In this document: positions 54,228 through 63,441 of the stretch, piece by piece
Numbering within the stretch: the first letter of the stretch is position 1
How the letters are laid out: every line of letters starts with the position of its first letter
Source: a virus
Lineage: Duplodnaviria; Caudoviricetes
Virus record (IMG/VR): IMGVR_UViG_3300036832_001498
Location: 1,924-65,923 of that record
Strand: one strand, 5' to 3'
Length of the DNA: 64,000 nt
The notes under the pieces: model-generated
Seen by the model: the letters and a program-made list of their open reading frames with translations, nothing else
What the model was told of the DNA's origin: nothing
Database searches by the model: none
Program-made: the position numbers and the translations under genes

Positions 54228-54880
54228 GGGTTCCTCCTCCGCGTCTGCACTGCCGAGACGATGTTGCTGGGTGGGCTGTAGGCGTAGCTCAATCCGCTCT
54301 TGATGTTGTAGCTCTTCACCTCGTAATAGCACGTGTGGGAGCAAGTGGTGTCGGCGTAGTTCTGAGTGTTGGCGGGCACGATCCGCAGGATCGCCGGGCC
54401 CGGCAGCGTGGGCTGCGTGCCGCGATAGATGGCGTAGGCGATCACCGTGTAGCTCAGCTGGGTGGGAGGCGCAACCCAGTGCAGGGGCACGTTGTGAGCG
54501 GTGATCGTGCCCACCGTCAGGCCGGTCGGCGGCAGGGGCTGCGGATCTACCTGGGTAGTGCCGCTGGCCTCATTCGAAGCAGCCGACAGGCTGGGTGAGC
54601 AGGTATTGCAGAAAGCTTTGCTCACATAGAAGTAGGTCGTCGACGCCGCCGCCGTGGTGTCGGTGTAAGCGCATGCCGTCATCGGCGCAGCGTTGAGCGG
54701 AGTGGAGCTTTCGGCACCCGACGCCGTGCCCCGATAAAAGTTGTAGCCGGTCACCCCGGTGCTGGGCGAAGCGGTGCAGCTGAGCGCGATGGAGTGTGCG
54801 CCTTTGACGTTGGTTTCGAGGGGCGCTTGCTGCGCCGCCAGAGATGCGGCGAGCAGTGCGAAAACGAGAAGTAGTTTCAT
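54224..54880 (-). CDS. Secreted FN3-like protein (two domains), paralog of neighbour
   Basis: Signal peptide; LSCTAS...GYNFYRGT...YTD. Confidence 0.7.
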   Translation of the reverse strand: MKLLLVFALLAASLAAQQAPLETNVKGAHSIALSCTASPSTGVTGYNFYRGTASGAESSTPLNAAPMTACAYTDTTAAASTTYFYVSKAFCNTCSPSLSAASNEASGTTQVDPQPLPPTGLTVGTITAHNVPLHWVAPPTQLSYTVIAYAIYRGTQPTLPGPAILRIVPANTQNYADTTCSHTCYYEVKSYNIKSGLSYAYSPPSNIVSAVQTRRRNP

Positions 54881-54892
54881 TGGGTGCTCCTT

Positions 54893-55303
54893 TCAGTTAA
54901 TTCGAACCCCTCCTCGCAGTTCGTGGCTCTCGCCTGCCTTCTTGATCAGCAGATGCGCCAGATCGAGCGCCTGCTCGGCAGAGAAAACAATGTGCCCGCA
55001 CCCTTCCTGGTCGGGCTTCAGATCGGGATGGTTGATGACCACCTCGTGTTGCGCGGTCAGCCCCACTTCCAAAAACCCGGCGGCGATCTCGTGCGATCCT
55101 CCTTCCCCGGGCTGCGGCTTTTTGAAATAGGTCACGCATAGCGCGTGCTGGTTCGAGATGCCGTTGATCTGGGGTTCAATCTCGCAGCAGGAACACTCGA
55201 TGGCAAGGTCGACGCGCCCGGCACTCTCGTAGCGATAAACAGTGAGCGCATTCTCCTTGCAACGCGGACACTTTCCAAGGGCGTAGAAGCCGCGAAATTT
55301 CAT
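54893..55303 (-). CDS. Hypothetical with Zn ribbon
   Basis: CPRC...CSCC. Confidence 0.55.
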   Translation of the reverse strand: MKFRGFYALGKCPRCKENALTVYRYESAGRVDLAIECSCCEIEPQINGISNQHALCVTYFKKPQPGEGGSHEIAAGFLEVGLTAQHEVVINHPDLKPDQEGCGHIVFSAEQALDLAHLLIKKAGESHELRGGVRIN

Positions 55304-55304
55304 G

Positions 55305-55526
55305 TCAGTTCGCTCCGAACTTCTCGATGAATTCGCGCATCACCTTGATCATGTCCTCGCGCTCCGCGCTGCTCATGTAGAACATTTCATCGTTCTTGTA
55401 GCCAAACATCATCAGGGTGAAGCCGTAGCCGGGCGGCATGGTTTCCTTGAGCAGTCGCCCGAGGTTCTTGAGTGTTTTCTCCGCTTCCGGATTGCGCACT
55501 TCGTACTTGAAGGGATCATGCGGCAT
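55305..55526 (-). CDS. Small phage protein (GF.L..F...Y.S.A.R.D type)
   Basis: GYGFTLMMF...YMSSAEREDM. Confidence 0.65.
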   Translation of the reverse strand: MPHDPFKYEVRNPEAEKTLKNLGRLLKETMPPGYGFTLMMFGYKNDEMFYMSSAEREDMIKVMREFIEKFGAN

Positions 55527-55938
55527 CGGGCTTCTCCTTCTTCAGCTCCTCGATGGGCTTGGACACCCCGAAGACGCAGCCGCACACCGCGCAGAAGGTG
55601 ATCCACAGCGGCGACGTGTCGCTGCGCCACACCCCCAGCTGCTCGATGGTCGACTTGCATTCGTAGCAGTGGGGCTGGATCTTCTCGGTAATGGGAGCGC
55701 GTTCGTCCTGCACGTTGTCGATGCCGATCAGCTTCGAGATCTGCCGCGCATCCGCCACCGGCGTGTCGGAATAGCTGATCACCACCTGCAGCTTGGCGGG
55801 CAACCCGTGCTTCCACGGGCCCGCGTTGAGGTCGATGGTGATGGGCTGGTTGAGTTTGGTGAGGCGGTTGATGTTGCCCGGCTCCAGAATGCAGAGCATG
55901 ACCTTGCCGTTCGGTCCATCGCCATAGAGCTTGTTCAT
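55516..55938 (-). CDS. Hypothetical with Zn ribbon
   Basis: CYEC...CAVC. Confidence 0.6.
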   Translation of the reverse strand: MNKLYGDGPNGKVMLCILEPGNINRLTKLNQPITIDLNAGPWKHGLPAKLQVVISYSDTPVADARQISKLIGIDNVQDERAPITEKIQPHCYECKSTIEQLGVWRSDTSPLWITFCAVCGCVFGVSKPIEELKKEKPDAA

Positions 55939-56369
55939 TGGCCTGATATTCCTTTCAGGAACCTCAGCAGACTGGCCTTCTCGTCGTCTTTGGGAGCGAT
56001 CACGAACTGCCAGTCCTTGCGCACGCCCACCTTGCCATCGATGCCCCAGCAGCCGAACAGCTCCTGCCCGCTCGCCCAGAACATCTGCATCAGGATCTCG
56101 TTCTTGTCGTTGGCCTGATCCACCTTGGCCTCGAAGGGAGCGTGCTCTTCGCTCTTGGAAGAGAACTCGATCTCCAGCGCCGCCTGCTTCATTTCGCGGT
56201 GGTGGTAACGGGCCAGCGAGTACAGCTTGCGCATGTAGTCGGAGCAGGTGCCGACCACTTTCTCGTTCTTGGCCACCGGCTCCGAAGGCGGAAACATTTC
56301 GCCATCGAAGCTCTCGATCTCTTCCATCAGTTTGTACACCCAGTTGGTCTGCTTCACGTTCTCCGTCAT
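55935..56369 (-). CDS. Hypothetical
   Basis: AAGGAG RBS; coupled. Confidence 0.6.
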   Translation of the reverse strand: MTENVKQTNWVYKLMEEIESFDGEMFPPSEPVAKNEKVVGTCSDYMRKLYSLARYHHREMKQAALEIEFSSKSEEHAPFEAKVDQANDKNEILMQMFWASGQELFGCWGIDGKVGVRKDWQFVIAPKDDEKASLLRFLKGISGQ

Positions 56370-56767
56370 TGTGCCGCTCCTTTCAAATTCTTGGACTCGC
56401 TGATCGACTCCGTAATGAGGCTGCGGATGTCTTTGTGGATGGAGGCGGCGAGGCAAACAGCGGAGCTATCGCCGCCCTGGCCGTGAAGTACGTGGCCTCC
56501 ATCATTTTCCGCCTCCACGAGAAATGGGGGATCACCGGCTTCGCTGTGGGTGACCTTGCCGGTCGCGATGGCACACAGCGGGCAAGCGGCGGCGGCCATC
56601 GACTCCAGCGCATTCACCAGCATCGGGGCTTTATCGCGGGAGAAGCGCTGCACCTCCAGGTAGCGGCGGCGCAGGCGGAAGCCGTTCACGAAATTCACCA
56701 CCAGCAGAATGCCGATGGTGACATCGAAAAACAAACGCCAGTAGATTTCCGCCTTCGCCCAGTTCAT
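56366..56767 (-). CDS. Membrane-anchored hypothetical
   Basis: N-terminal TM; CPLC...H...C. Confidence 0.55.
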   Translation of the reverse strand: MNWAKAEIYWRLFFDVTIGILLVVNFVNGFRLRRRYLEVQRFSRDKAPMLVNALESMAAAACPLCAIATGKVTHSEAGDPPFLVEAENDGGHVLHGQGGDSSAVCLAASIHKDIRSLITESISESKNLKGAAQ

Positions 56768-58875
56768 TTTTTCCTGCTCGCTTGCGTGACCGTGGAGCGC
56801 ACGCCTTGGGTGTAGAGGTTGACGGCATCGACGTCGGCCCCGGGATCTTTGCCATCGAGCGCCTTGCCCCGGAACGGACTGGTGGGTGCGAGGTGATAGT
56901 CGCCGCCGTCGCCATTGTTGTAATTCACGAAGCCCACGGTTGACCAGTCGGTGACCGTGAAATTTCCCGGAGGCCACGAAGTCGAAGGCAGGCTCACGCC
57001 GTGATAGCCGACCAGCAGATTTCCCGACATCAGACTGTCGCCGATCCAGCAGTTCGCAAATTTCGAAATAGGGCGCAGATCGCCTTTGATGTTGGAGCAG
57101 TTCTGGGTTGAATCCCCGCCCGTGGGATAGGCACCATTCTCGCCTGCAGCGGCGATCCAGTTGGTGAGTTTGATGTTGGACATCTGCGGAGTCTTGGTCG
57201 GATTTCCCGGCGGAGGTCCGTTCATCTGCAGCAGGGAGTGTTGCTGGTAGCGCCCGGTGCCCAGAAACTGATTGGCGATCAGGGTGAAATGGTCGAGCAG
57301 GATGTCGTGAAAAATTTCGTTGTGAGGCGGATTGGTGGTCGAGTAATAGTTCGAGAATCCGTTGAGGCTGCCGCCTTGGCAGGCATAGCAGGTCAGATAT
57401 TGCATCCCGTCGAAGATCAGGTCGTGCATGCTGATGCGCCCGCCACCGGAAGACCACAGACCGGAATCGTTAGGCGAATTGAACAGGTTCAGACCAACGC
57501 CGGAGTGCACCATGAGGTTGTAGCGCATGGTGAGATCAGTGATCGAGCACAGCGGACACTGATTGGGCGGAACTCCATCCTGATTTTTTGGACCGATCAC
57601 CAGCCCGAAGCCGACTTGGCTGAATCCGCCCCAGTTGTTTTCGAGCACGTTGCCTTCGAACAAAATCCTGCAGCCCGTCTTCAGTTCGAAAAGATTTTTG
57701 ACCACGTAGGTCGGTTTGACGTAGCCCGGGTCACTGGGGTTCCAGGTGGCGGGCTTGTACATGTGGTTGCGGCGGATCTCGATGTCGTAGGGACAGCCAT
57801 CGCCGACGCTTCCGCCGAAGAGAATGGTCTCGGCGGCCCCTTCCAGAAAATTGTTCTTGATCGCCCACACTCCGGCCTGCGCGGTGTTAGCCCCAGCTCC
57901 GCCCGCAATGGCCTGCGCGTCGACGCATGCGCCCGTCACAGCAATGCAGTGAAATTCGCTGAACCAGGAATCGACCACGCCCACGTAGCTGGTGGCGTTG
58001 TGCAGCTGGATGCCGCGCCGCGATTCTTGGCCCGGGTTGCCGTGCATAAAAACTCTGTCAAATACGACATGGTTGGTGTCGGTGAGCTGCGCGAAATTCA
58101 CCGTGGGCACGGTGCTGCCCTTCGCGACCTCCATCCCGATGAAGCGGATGTGGTCGCCGACGTTCATGGCACTGCTGCCGAAAACATTCACGCGAAACAT
58201 TTCCGGCGCATCGGCAGGTGTGACCCGCGTGCCTTCCGGCGGCAAGGCCGTGCTGGTGGAGCGAATGGTGATCCAGTGCCCGTCGTCGCAGTTCTTGGGC
58301 GCGAAGTTGAGCGCCTTGACGGTGCCCCACACACTGCCTTTGGGGACGTAGATGGTCTGCCCGCACTGCGCCCCGTCATAGGCGGCCTGCAGGTTTTGGA
58401 GATTGCCTGCGCCCACGCTGATGCCGCCACCGGGTGAGGGAGTCGAGGCCAGCGCTGTGTTGAAGCAGCGGATGGGCAGGTTTGCCGGGCCATCCGTTTT
58501 CGCGCCCAGCCACACATTGCCGGGTCCGCAGTATTCGTTGCCTGCTGCCGCAGCTGCCGTGACCTTGACAATGATGTCGGCATTGGCGCTGTGTCCTTGC
58601 CCGTCCGAGGCTGCGACTGCGGCATCGAATTCGCCCGCCTGCGCGTAGGTGTGCTGCTGCACTGCGCCGGGAACTGTGTTGTGCGTGCCATCGCCAAAAT
58701 CCCACGCGTAGGCGACGCAGCCGGTGCAGGTCGCGGTCAGCGTCACGGCCAGAGGCGCAGCCCCGGTCTGCGGCACCACGGCCAGGGAGATGGCGGAGGT
58801 AGAGCGGCGGCAGGCGGGAGCGAAGGTGAGCAGCGAAGCCATGAGAGCGAGGGCGAAGATCCTGAGCGTGGGCAT
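56764..58875 (-). CDS. Secreted (possibly lipo-) protein: PKD domain plus parallel beta-helix (pectin-lyase-like)
   Basis: Signal peptide; YAWDFGDG...HTY (PKD); NLFELK, EGNVLEN, GDYHL..SP..G...DG.DPGAD. Confidence 0.75.
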   Translation of the reverse strand: MPTLRIFALALMASLLTFAPACRRSTSAISLAVVPQTGAAPLAVTLTATCTGCVAYAWDFGDGTHNTVPGAVQQHTYAQAGEFDAAVAASDGQGHSANADIIVKVTAAAAAGNEYCGPGNVWLGAKTDGPANLPIRCFNTALASTPSPGGGISVGAGNLQNLQAAYDGAQCGQTIYVPKGSVWGTVKALNFAPKNCDDGHWITIRSTSTALPPEGTRVTPADAPEMFRVNVFGSSAMNVGDHIRFIGMEVAKGSTVPTVNFAQLTDTNHVVFDRVFMHGNPGQESRRGIQLHNATSYVGVVDSWFSEFHCIAVTGACVDAQAIAGGAGANTAQAGVWAIKNNFLEGAAETILFGGSVGDGCPYDIEIRRNHMYKPATWNPSDPGYVKPTYVVKNLFELKTGCRILFEGNVLENNWGGFSQVGFGLVIGPKNQDGVPPNQCPLCSITDLTMRYNLMVHSGVGLNLFNSPNDSGLWSSGGGRISMHDLIFDGMQYLTCYACQGGSLNGFSNYYSTTNPPHNEIFHDILLDHFTLIANQFLGTGRYQQHSLLQMNGPPPGNPTKTPQMSNIKLTNWIAAAGENGAYPTGGDSTQNCSNIKGDLRPISKFANCWIGDSLMSGNLLVGYHGVSLPSTSWPPGNFTVTDWSTVGFVNYNNGDGGDYHLAPTSPFRGKALDGKDPGADVDAVNLYTQGVRSTVTQASRKK

Positions 58876-58936
58876 GAGTTCTCCTTCTTCAGAAAGACGG
58901 GAGCGCTCCTGCGAAACTCTCCACGGTTGCAGATTG

Positions 58937-58969
58937 AAAAAATGGGGAGAGCTAGCCGACTCTCCCCCA
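58937..58969 (-). terminator. Rho-independent terminator (minus strand)
   Basis: GGGGAGAG...CTCTCCCC stem followed by ATTTTTT. Confidence 0.7.
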
Positions 58970-58973
58970 CTTC

Positions 58974-59504
58974 CTAGGCGAATGTTTCATCCCAACATTC
59001 GAAGTAGTACTCCTCGCTGCCCAGCTTGGCAATGAGGAATGGGTCATAGCTGGCCGAGCGTGATTCCAGTGTGTCAGTCTGGAAAATCACGCCGGGAACT
59101 TCGTGCGCGATCTGCATCGCCTTGCGTTGCACGTAGGCCGGAACCAGGCTCGCGGGTGCGAAGGCAAAGATGTCGCGATGCCAGCCGTAGGCGAAGCACA
59201 GCGGGCTGCGAAAATCCCGGCAGCGGAACAGGTAGCAATCGTCATCTTTCCAGCGCGGGCCCAAATCGTTGCGTACGTCGTCGCCGTAGTTGTCAGCGCC
59301 GCCGATGTCGGTCGACCAGCCGCAGTCGGCCAGCCTCTGGCTTTCGGACGCGACTAGCTGGTCGCGTTTGGCTTGCTTGTAGTCGCGCACGGTGACCGCG
59401 TTGAAAGGTTCGATGTCGAGTTTGATGAGAGCGGCGGCGAGCGGTTGAGCGGGTGTGGTGGGTTCGAGTTTCTGACGGGTGAGCAGTTCAAGCAATGTGG
59501 TCAT
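58974..59504 (-). CDS. Hypothetical
   Basis: AAGGAGG RBS; DPFL...Y...WDE C-terminus. Confidence 0.65.
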   Translation of the reverse strand: MTTLLELLTRQKLEPTTPAQPLAAALIKLDIEPFNAVTVRDYKQAKRDQLVASESQRLADCGWSTDIGGADNYGDDVRNDLGPRWKDDDCYLFRCRDFRSPLCFAYGWHRDIFAFAPASLVPAYVQRKAMQIAHEVPGVIFQTDTLESRSASYDPFLIAKLGSEEYYFECWDETFA

Positions 59505-59552
59505 GTTCCTCCTTGGTGACGAAGCGGCGGAACTTTTTCCGGAACTTGGGAA

Positions 59553-59753
59553 TCACGGCTCGACCTCCAGCTGATATTCCTCGCAGTACTCGCGGCCTTT
59601 GGCGGTGAGCTTCCACTCGGTGATGTCGGAGGAGCGCAGATAGCCGGAGCGGATGAGCACGCGAAACATGCGATAGTCGCTGGCATCCACAGTCCGGGAG
59701 TGGAAGACGGCGAAGAGAACTCTTTCTTGCGGAGGCGAGAGGCGGTGGGTCAA
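59553..59753 (-). CDS. Small wHTH-like hypothetical
   Basis: GAGG RBS, TTG start; LIRSGYL...LTAKG. Confidence 0.5.
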   Translation of the reverse strand: MTHRLSPPQERVLFAVFHSRTVDASDYRMFRVLIRSGYLRSSDITEWKLTAKGREYCEEYQLEVEP

Positions 59754-59806
59754 GGGGAGAACACCTCTGTTCTGCTGGCGAACCAAAGTGAAAGTGATTC
59801 GCCAGC

Positions 59807-59836
59807 AGTATGCAGAGGGAAACCTCAGGCTGTCAA
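59807..59836 (-). promoter_or_regulatory. Leftward promoter TTGACA-N18-CATACT with adjacent 11-bp inverted repeat
   Basis: CTGCTGGCGAA (59772) / TTCGCCAGCAG (59798). Confidence 0.55.
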
Positions 59837-59975
59837 GAGCGCTTGCGTTTTTTTCTTGGCCTGCCACCCAGCCGACCATTCTGCGCGGCGGTCTTGGCCT
59901 TGAGTTCGGAGCGGATCGAGCCCAGCATGCCAGCCAGCTGCTTGCGGGTGAGGGTGCCACCACAGTGAGGACACA

Positions 59976-60245
59976 TCATGCCCGGCCACCTTTCTTGCGC
60001 TTAGACGGCAGCACAGCGCGGCCCGAGGCCTTCTTGCGCGACTGTGGGATCTCGATCTCGACGATCTCGTCCAGCAGTTGTTGATCGATAGCGGCGTCGC
60101 CGCTGGTGCACCAGCAGGTGATCAGCTCCGCCAGCGCTTCCCTATTGCCCCGGAATTCGTTGCCCTGGAAGCTGACGCCGCGCTGACGGCACCAACGGTT
60201 GAAGTCTTCGCCCTGGTCCGCCAGGTCGATGTAGAGTTTGTGCAT
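59976..60245 (-). CDS. Hypothetical
   Basis: AGGAGCAC RBS. Confidence 0.55.
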   Translation of the reverse strand: MHKLYIDLADQGEDFNRWCRQRGVSFQGNEFRGNREALAELITCWCTSGDAAIDQQLLDEIVEIEIPQSRKKASGRAVLPSKRKKGGRA

Positions 60246-60517
60246 TAGCGTGCTCCTCGGATGAAATGGTTGAAATTGCTGCGGGCCCACTGGTAGCCGC
60301 AGTTCAACCCGCAGAACAGGTTGTCGCCGTAGCCGCCATAGGTGCCCTTGAAGATCTTGTGCTCGCGTTTGAATTGTGCGCTGCGCTGGTGCGAGTCCTC
60401 ACCGCAGAAAATGGGGCGCGGAACGTCGTAGCCGTAGTTGGGACGGAGTTCCTTGTTGCAGAACAGGCAGCGCGGTCGCAGGCCGACAGCGCGAGGTTTG
60501 AGTTTGGCTTCAGGCAT
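60245..60517 (-). CDS. Small Zn-binding hypothetical
   Basis: CLFC...FCGLNC. Confidence 0.6.
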   Translation of the reverse strand: MPEAKLKPRAVGLRPRCLFCNKELRPNYGYDVPRPIFCGEDSHQRSAQFKREHKIFKGTYGGYGDNLFCGLNCGYQWARSNFNHFIRGAR

Positions 60518-60680
60518 GGCGCATCTTCCTTTCCAGTTTTCGGAGCAGCTGGCGGATCTCGATCTCCAGCGCGTTCACCTCGGCCTGCTGCTCACGGTTG
60601 CGCTCGCCGCAGCAGGTGCAGGCGAGCGAGTAGCACTCATGATGCTCGCCTGCAGCGCAGAAGTAACACTGGCCGGTCAT
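60510..60680 (-). CDS. Small Cys-rich hypothetical
   Basis: CYFC..G.H..C....CTCC. Confidence 0.55.
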   Translation of the reverse strand: MTGQCYFCAAGEHHECYSLACTCCGERNREQQAEVNALEIEIRQLLRKLERKMRHA

Positions 60681-61297
60681 GCCTGCGCCCCCTTGGCCAG
60701 CTGCTCGGCGATCTGCTCGCACTCCTGGACTTCACGCTCCGAGATCCGGTCCCAGTCGACACTGCAGGAGGATTCAGAGTCGGGCACTTCCTGTCCGATG
60801 GGGCCGATCATGGGGCACATTTCGAGCGTGCCTTCAAACAGGCGGTAGTAGCGGGTGACCGCCGCCGGAGAGCCATCAGGGAAGCCCTGCAGCCAGCAGG
60901 CCTGCCAGGCTGTGGTCAGGTTGCCGTAGCGATGCGCGGACTTGCCTACCCCAGGCCCCTTGACCTCCGCAATGCCGTGCCTGCGCTTCAACACTTCCAC
61001 GCGCTTGTCGAGAGACGGCGCGAGGTCAGGCCGCCACTGGTGAATAGCTTCCAGAATCGCTTCCGGCGTGTCCGCCTCTTGGTTGCTGGCGGCGCAGTAC
61101 GTACCCGCTTCGCGGGAGATGCGATCCGCGTCCTTCAGGGTGATGGCATCGCGCAAGATTTCCAGTTGCCGCTCCAAAGGCAGTTCGGAAACCCGGCTGT
61201 CACCGTCCGCGCTGTGGCGGTGGGCGTAGGCCAGGCAGGCTTCGTTGAAGTACACGCCGTCGTTGGCGTTAGGATCTTGCTTCTTTTTGTCAGTCAT
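60677..61297 (-). CDS. Hypothetical
   Basis: AAGGAGCACAGC RBS. Confidence 0.65.
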   Translation of the reverse strand: MTDKKKQDPNANDGVYFNEACLAYAHRHSADGDSRVSELPLERQLEILRDAITLKDADRISREAGTYCAASNQEADTPEAILEAIHQWRPDLAPSLDKRVEVLKRRHGIAEVKGPGVGKSAHRYGNLTTAWQACWLQGFPDGSPAAVTRYYRLFEGTLEMCPMIGPIGQEVPDSESSCSVDWDRISEREVQECEQIAEQLAKGAQA

Positions 61298-61335
61298 GCT
61301 GTGCTCCTTTTTTGTATGTACAAAGTTGTGGTGAC

Positions 61336-61602
61336 TTATTTCGCATCCGGCCTGAAGGCGCGACCGAAGGCGTAGTCCTTGCCCGTGCCGCCGGATTGCG
61401 CCCAGTTGGCGTTGCCCAGCCGGTCGAGATGCTGCAGGGTGATATGGCCGGTGATGCGGCCATCGGCGGCGATGAGAGTGATCTCGTCGATGGCGTCAAG
61501 ACCGGCGATGTACAAGATGTTCTTGTTGCCGCTGCCGAGGCGCAGCATGGGCTGACCCTCGGCGAACTGCTTGGCGGCGGAATAGCGCTTGAAGGCTTTC
61601 AC
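61336..61602 (-). CDS. Hypothetical
   Basis: GGAGG RBS, GTGA coupling. Confidence 0.55.
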   Translation of the reverse strand: MKAFKRYSAAKQFAEGQPMLRLGSGNKNILYIAGLDAIDEITLIAADGRITGHITLQHLDRLGNANWAQSGGTGKDYAFGRAFRPDAK

Positions 61603-61904
61603 TGTTTCACCTCCAGCGCGGCTTCGGCTTCGCGGATGCGTTTCTGGTAGTGGAGAAAGTCGGTAGTGAGATCCATCGAGGCCTCGCTCAGCGCGGTCAT
61701 CAGGCGATCCAGCTGCTGCCCGACCGCGACCAGTGATTTCGCGGACTTCTCTGACATGGGATGGCGGACGCCCCGGTGAAATGATCCCTTGGCGCGATGC
61801 GCGTGCGCCGCCACGCGCTCCATGGCTTCGCGGGTTTCCTTGGCAGCGTTGAATCCCATGCGGGAGAACTTCAGAACCTCGAGTGGCTGTTCCATTTTTT
61901 CCAT
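61599..61904 (-). CDS. Hypothetical coiled coil
   Basis: AGGAGCACAGC RBS. Confidence 0.6.
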   Translation of the reverse strand: MEKMEQPLEVLKFSRMGFNAAKETREAMERVAAHAHRAKGSFHRGVRHPMSEKSAKSLVAVGQQLDRLMTALSEASMDLTTDFLHYQKRIREAEAALEVKQ

Positions 61905-61971
61905 GTGCTGTGCTCCTGATGCGAGTTGCATCGATCACCGGCTGCGAGGGCAGCCGGTCAACGTTGCAGCC

Positions 61972-62151
61972 CTAGCGCTGATAGCAGGCTTGGTAAACCA
62001 GATGTTCGAGTTCGCGTTGAGCCTGACGCAACACGTCGGTCACGGCGCATGCGTTGGGGCTGAAGCCCTGAGTCGCGGTGATGTAGTCGCGAACCCGGAG
62101 CAGCTTGTTGATGTAGATGGATCGTTGGCGGCGAGTGATTTTTTTCGTCAT
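61972..62151 (-). CDS. Small hypothetical
   Basis: AAGGAGCACAGC RBS. Confidence 0.55.
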   Translation of the reverse strand: MTKKITRRQRSIYINKLLRVRDYITATQGFSPNACAVTDVLRQAQRELEHLVYQACYQR

Positions 62152-62162
62152 GGCTGTGCTCC

Positions 62163-63098
62163 TTAGCTGAGATTGGTGTAGAAGCCGTAGTTCGAGGCGA
62201 CCAGCCGGAACTTCTCGACCAGCGCGTTCCAGTCGCCCTCGGCGAAGCGTTCGCAGCCGTCGTGATCCTCGAAGCTCCAGCCGTTCTGGGCGGCGTCGCG
62301 CCACACTCTCCAGATGTAGACCGCGCCATCGGCATCGGTCAGGCGCACCCGGATGCGCGTGTCGTTGCGCTTGCCGCTGACCACCCGCGCCTGCTGATGG
62401 GCGGCGTCGGAAGCCCGTCCCGGCTTGTCGTGGCGCGTCTGCAGGGCCCGCAACTCGCAGCCCTCCGAGTGTCCCAGGTTCAGGTCGTTGCCCTCACCGC
62501 AGCCGCAGCCCACGGTGCGGAAGGCCAGCGTGTCGCCGATGAAGCCGGAGAGAATCTGCTCCGCCATTCGCTTGCCGTACTTGCTCACGAAGGCGGCCAT
62601 GGTCATCAGCTCCTGCCCTTTGGTGGCCACGATCTCGACCACTACGAAGCGCCGCGCCTTCTTCGCCTTCGCCTTCGCCGGTGCGGGGGAAACCACTCCC
62701 GGCCCCTGACACTCGGGACAGGTGTGGCCATCCACTTCGCCCTTGCCTCGGCAATATCGGCACATCGTGTTCTTGGCTGGCGCTGCCGGATCACACTGCA
62801 GAGTGCGAGCATGCTTATTACCGCCATGAACTGCTTTGCATTCGCAGTACACCTTCGCCGGTGCCCTGAAGGGCAGCACGGCGCTGCGCAGCTCGCTGGG
62901 GCTGCCCTTGCAGTAGCTCAGCCAGTTGCCGTCCTTGAGAATTTCGGTGTAGAGCATGACCACCCCGGAATCATTCACGTAGGACGAATAGGGCGAGATG
63001 CGGAAGGTTTCGTTGGGACAGCTGCGAAGTGCGAAGGTGGCGGGGAATTCCGCCGAGGCTTTTTCGATCTGCGTTTTCTGCTGTTGAGTTCCCATCAT
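62163..63098 (-). CDS. Multi-module hypothetical with DnaJ-type CxxCxGxG Zn repeat
   Basis: CRYCRGKG...CPECQGPG; AAGGAGCACGGC RBS. Confidence 0.65.
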   Translation of the reverse strand: MMGTQQQKTQIEKASAEFPATFALRSCPNETFRISPYSSYVNDSGVVMLYTEILKDGNWLSYCKGSPSELRSAVLPFRAPAKVYCECKAVHGGNKHARTLQCDPAAPAKNTMCRYCRGKGEVDGHTCPECQGPGVVSPAPAKAKAKKARRFVVVEIVATKGQELMTMAAFVSKYGKRMAEQILSGFIGDTLAFRTVGCGCGEGNDLNLGHSEGCELRALQTRHDKPGRASDAAHQQARVVSGKRNDTRIRVRLTDADGAVYIWRVWRDAAQNGWSFEDHDGCERFAEGDWNALVEKFRLVASNYGFYTNLS

Positions 63099-63153
63099 GG
63101 CCGTGCTCCTTTTGAGTTTGAGTTGTACGTACAAAGTTGTTGTGACGCTGAGG

Positions 63154-63408
63154 CTATTTACCGAACCCGCCAAAGCATTTCTCGCAGCGCTCCATGCGGT
63201 CCGCCTGGGCCACCGTCAGCTTCCAGTGGTCGACCACATGCTTGCACCAGTGACCACAACCCAAGCACGAAGAGCCGGAGGTAGCGACGTGCACCATGCG
63301 CCCCGTCTTGCCGCCCTTGACCAGGATGTCCTGAATCACGTGACCATCGGCGCAGGTGAACTGCCGCAGCTTGAATTCGCTTAGCGACTTGTTGTAGCTG
63401 ACCATCAT
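63154..63408 (-). CDS. First gene of leftward early operon, Cys-rich
   Basis: AAGGAGCACGGC RBS; CLGC...CEKC. Confidence 0.6.
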   Translation of the reverse strand: MMVSYNKSLSEFKLRQFTCADGHVIQDILVKGGKTGRMVHVATSGSSCLGCGHWCKHVVDHWKLTVAQADRMERCEKCFGGFGK

Positions 63409-63441
63409 TGCCGTGCTCCTTGCGGTAAAAACCGCATGTCA

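Noticed and set aside
53826-54880. Diversity-generating retroelement TR/VR pair in the FN3 paralogs or fibre repeats
   Set aside because: No reverse transcriptase seen; differences are not adenine-specific and look like ordinary paralog divergence.
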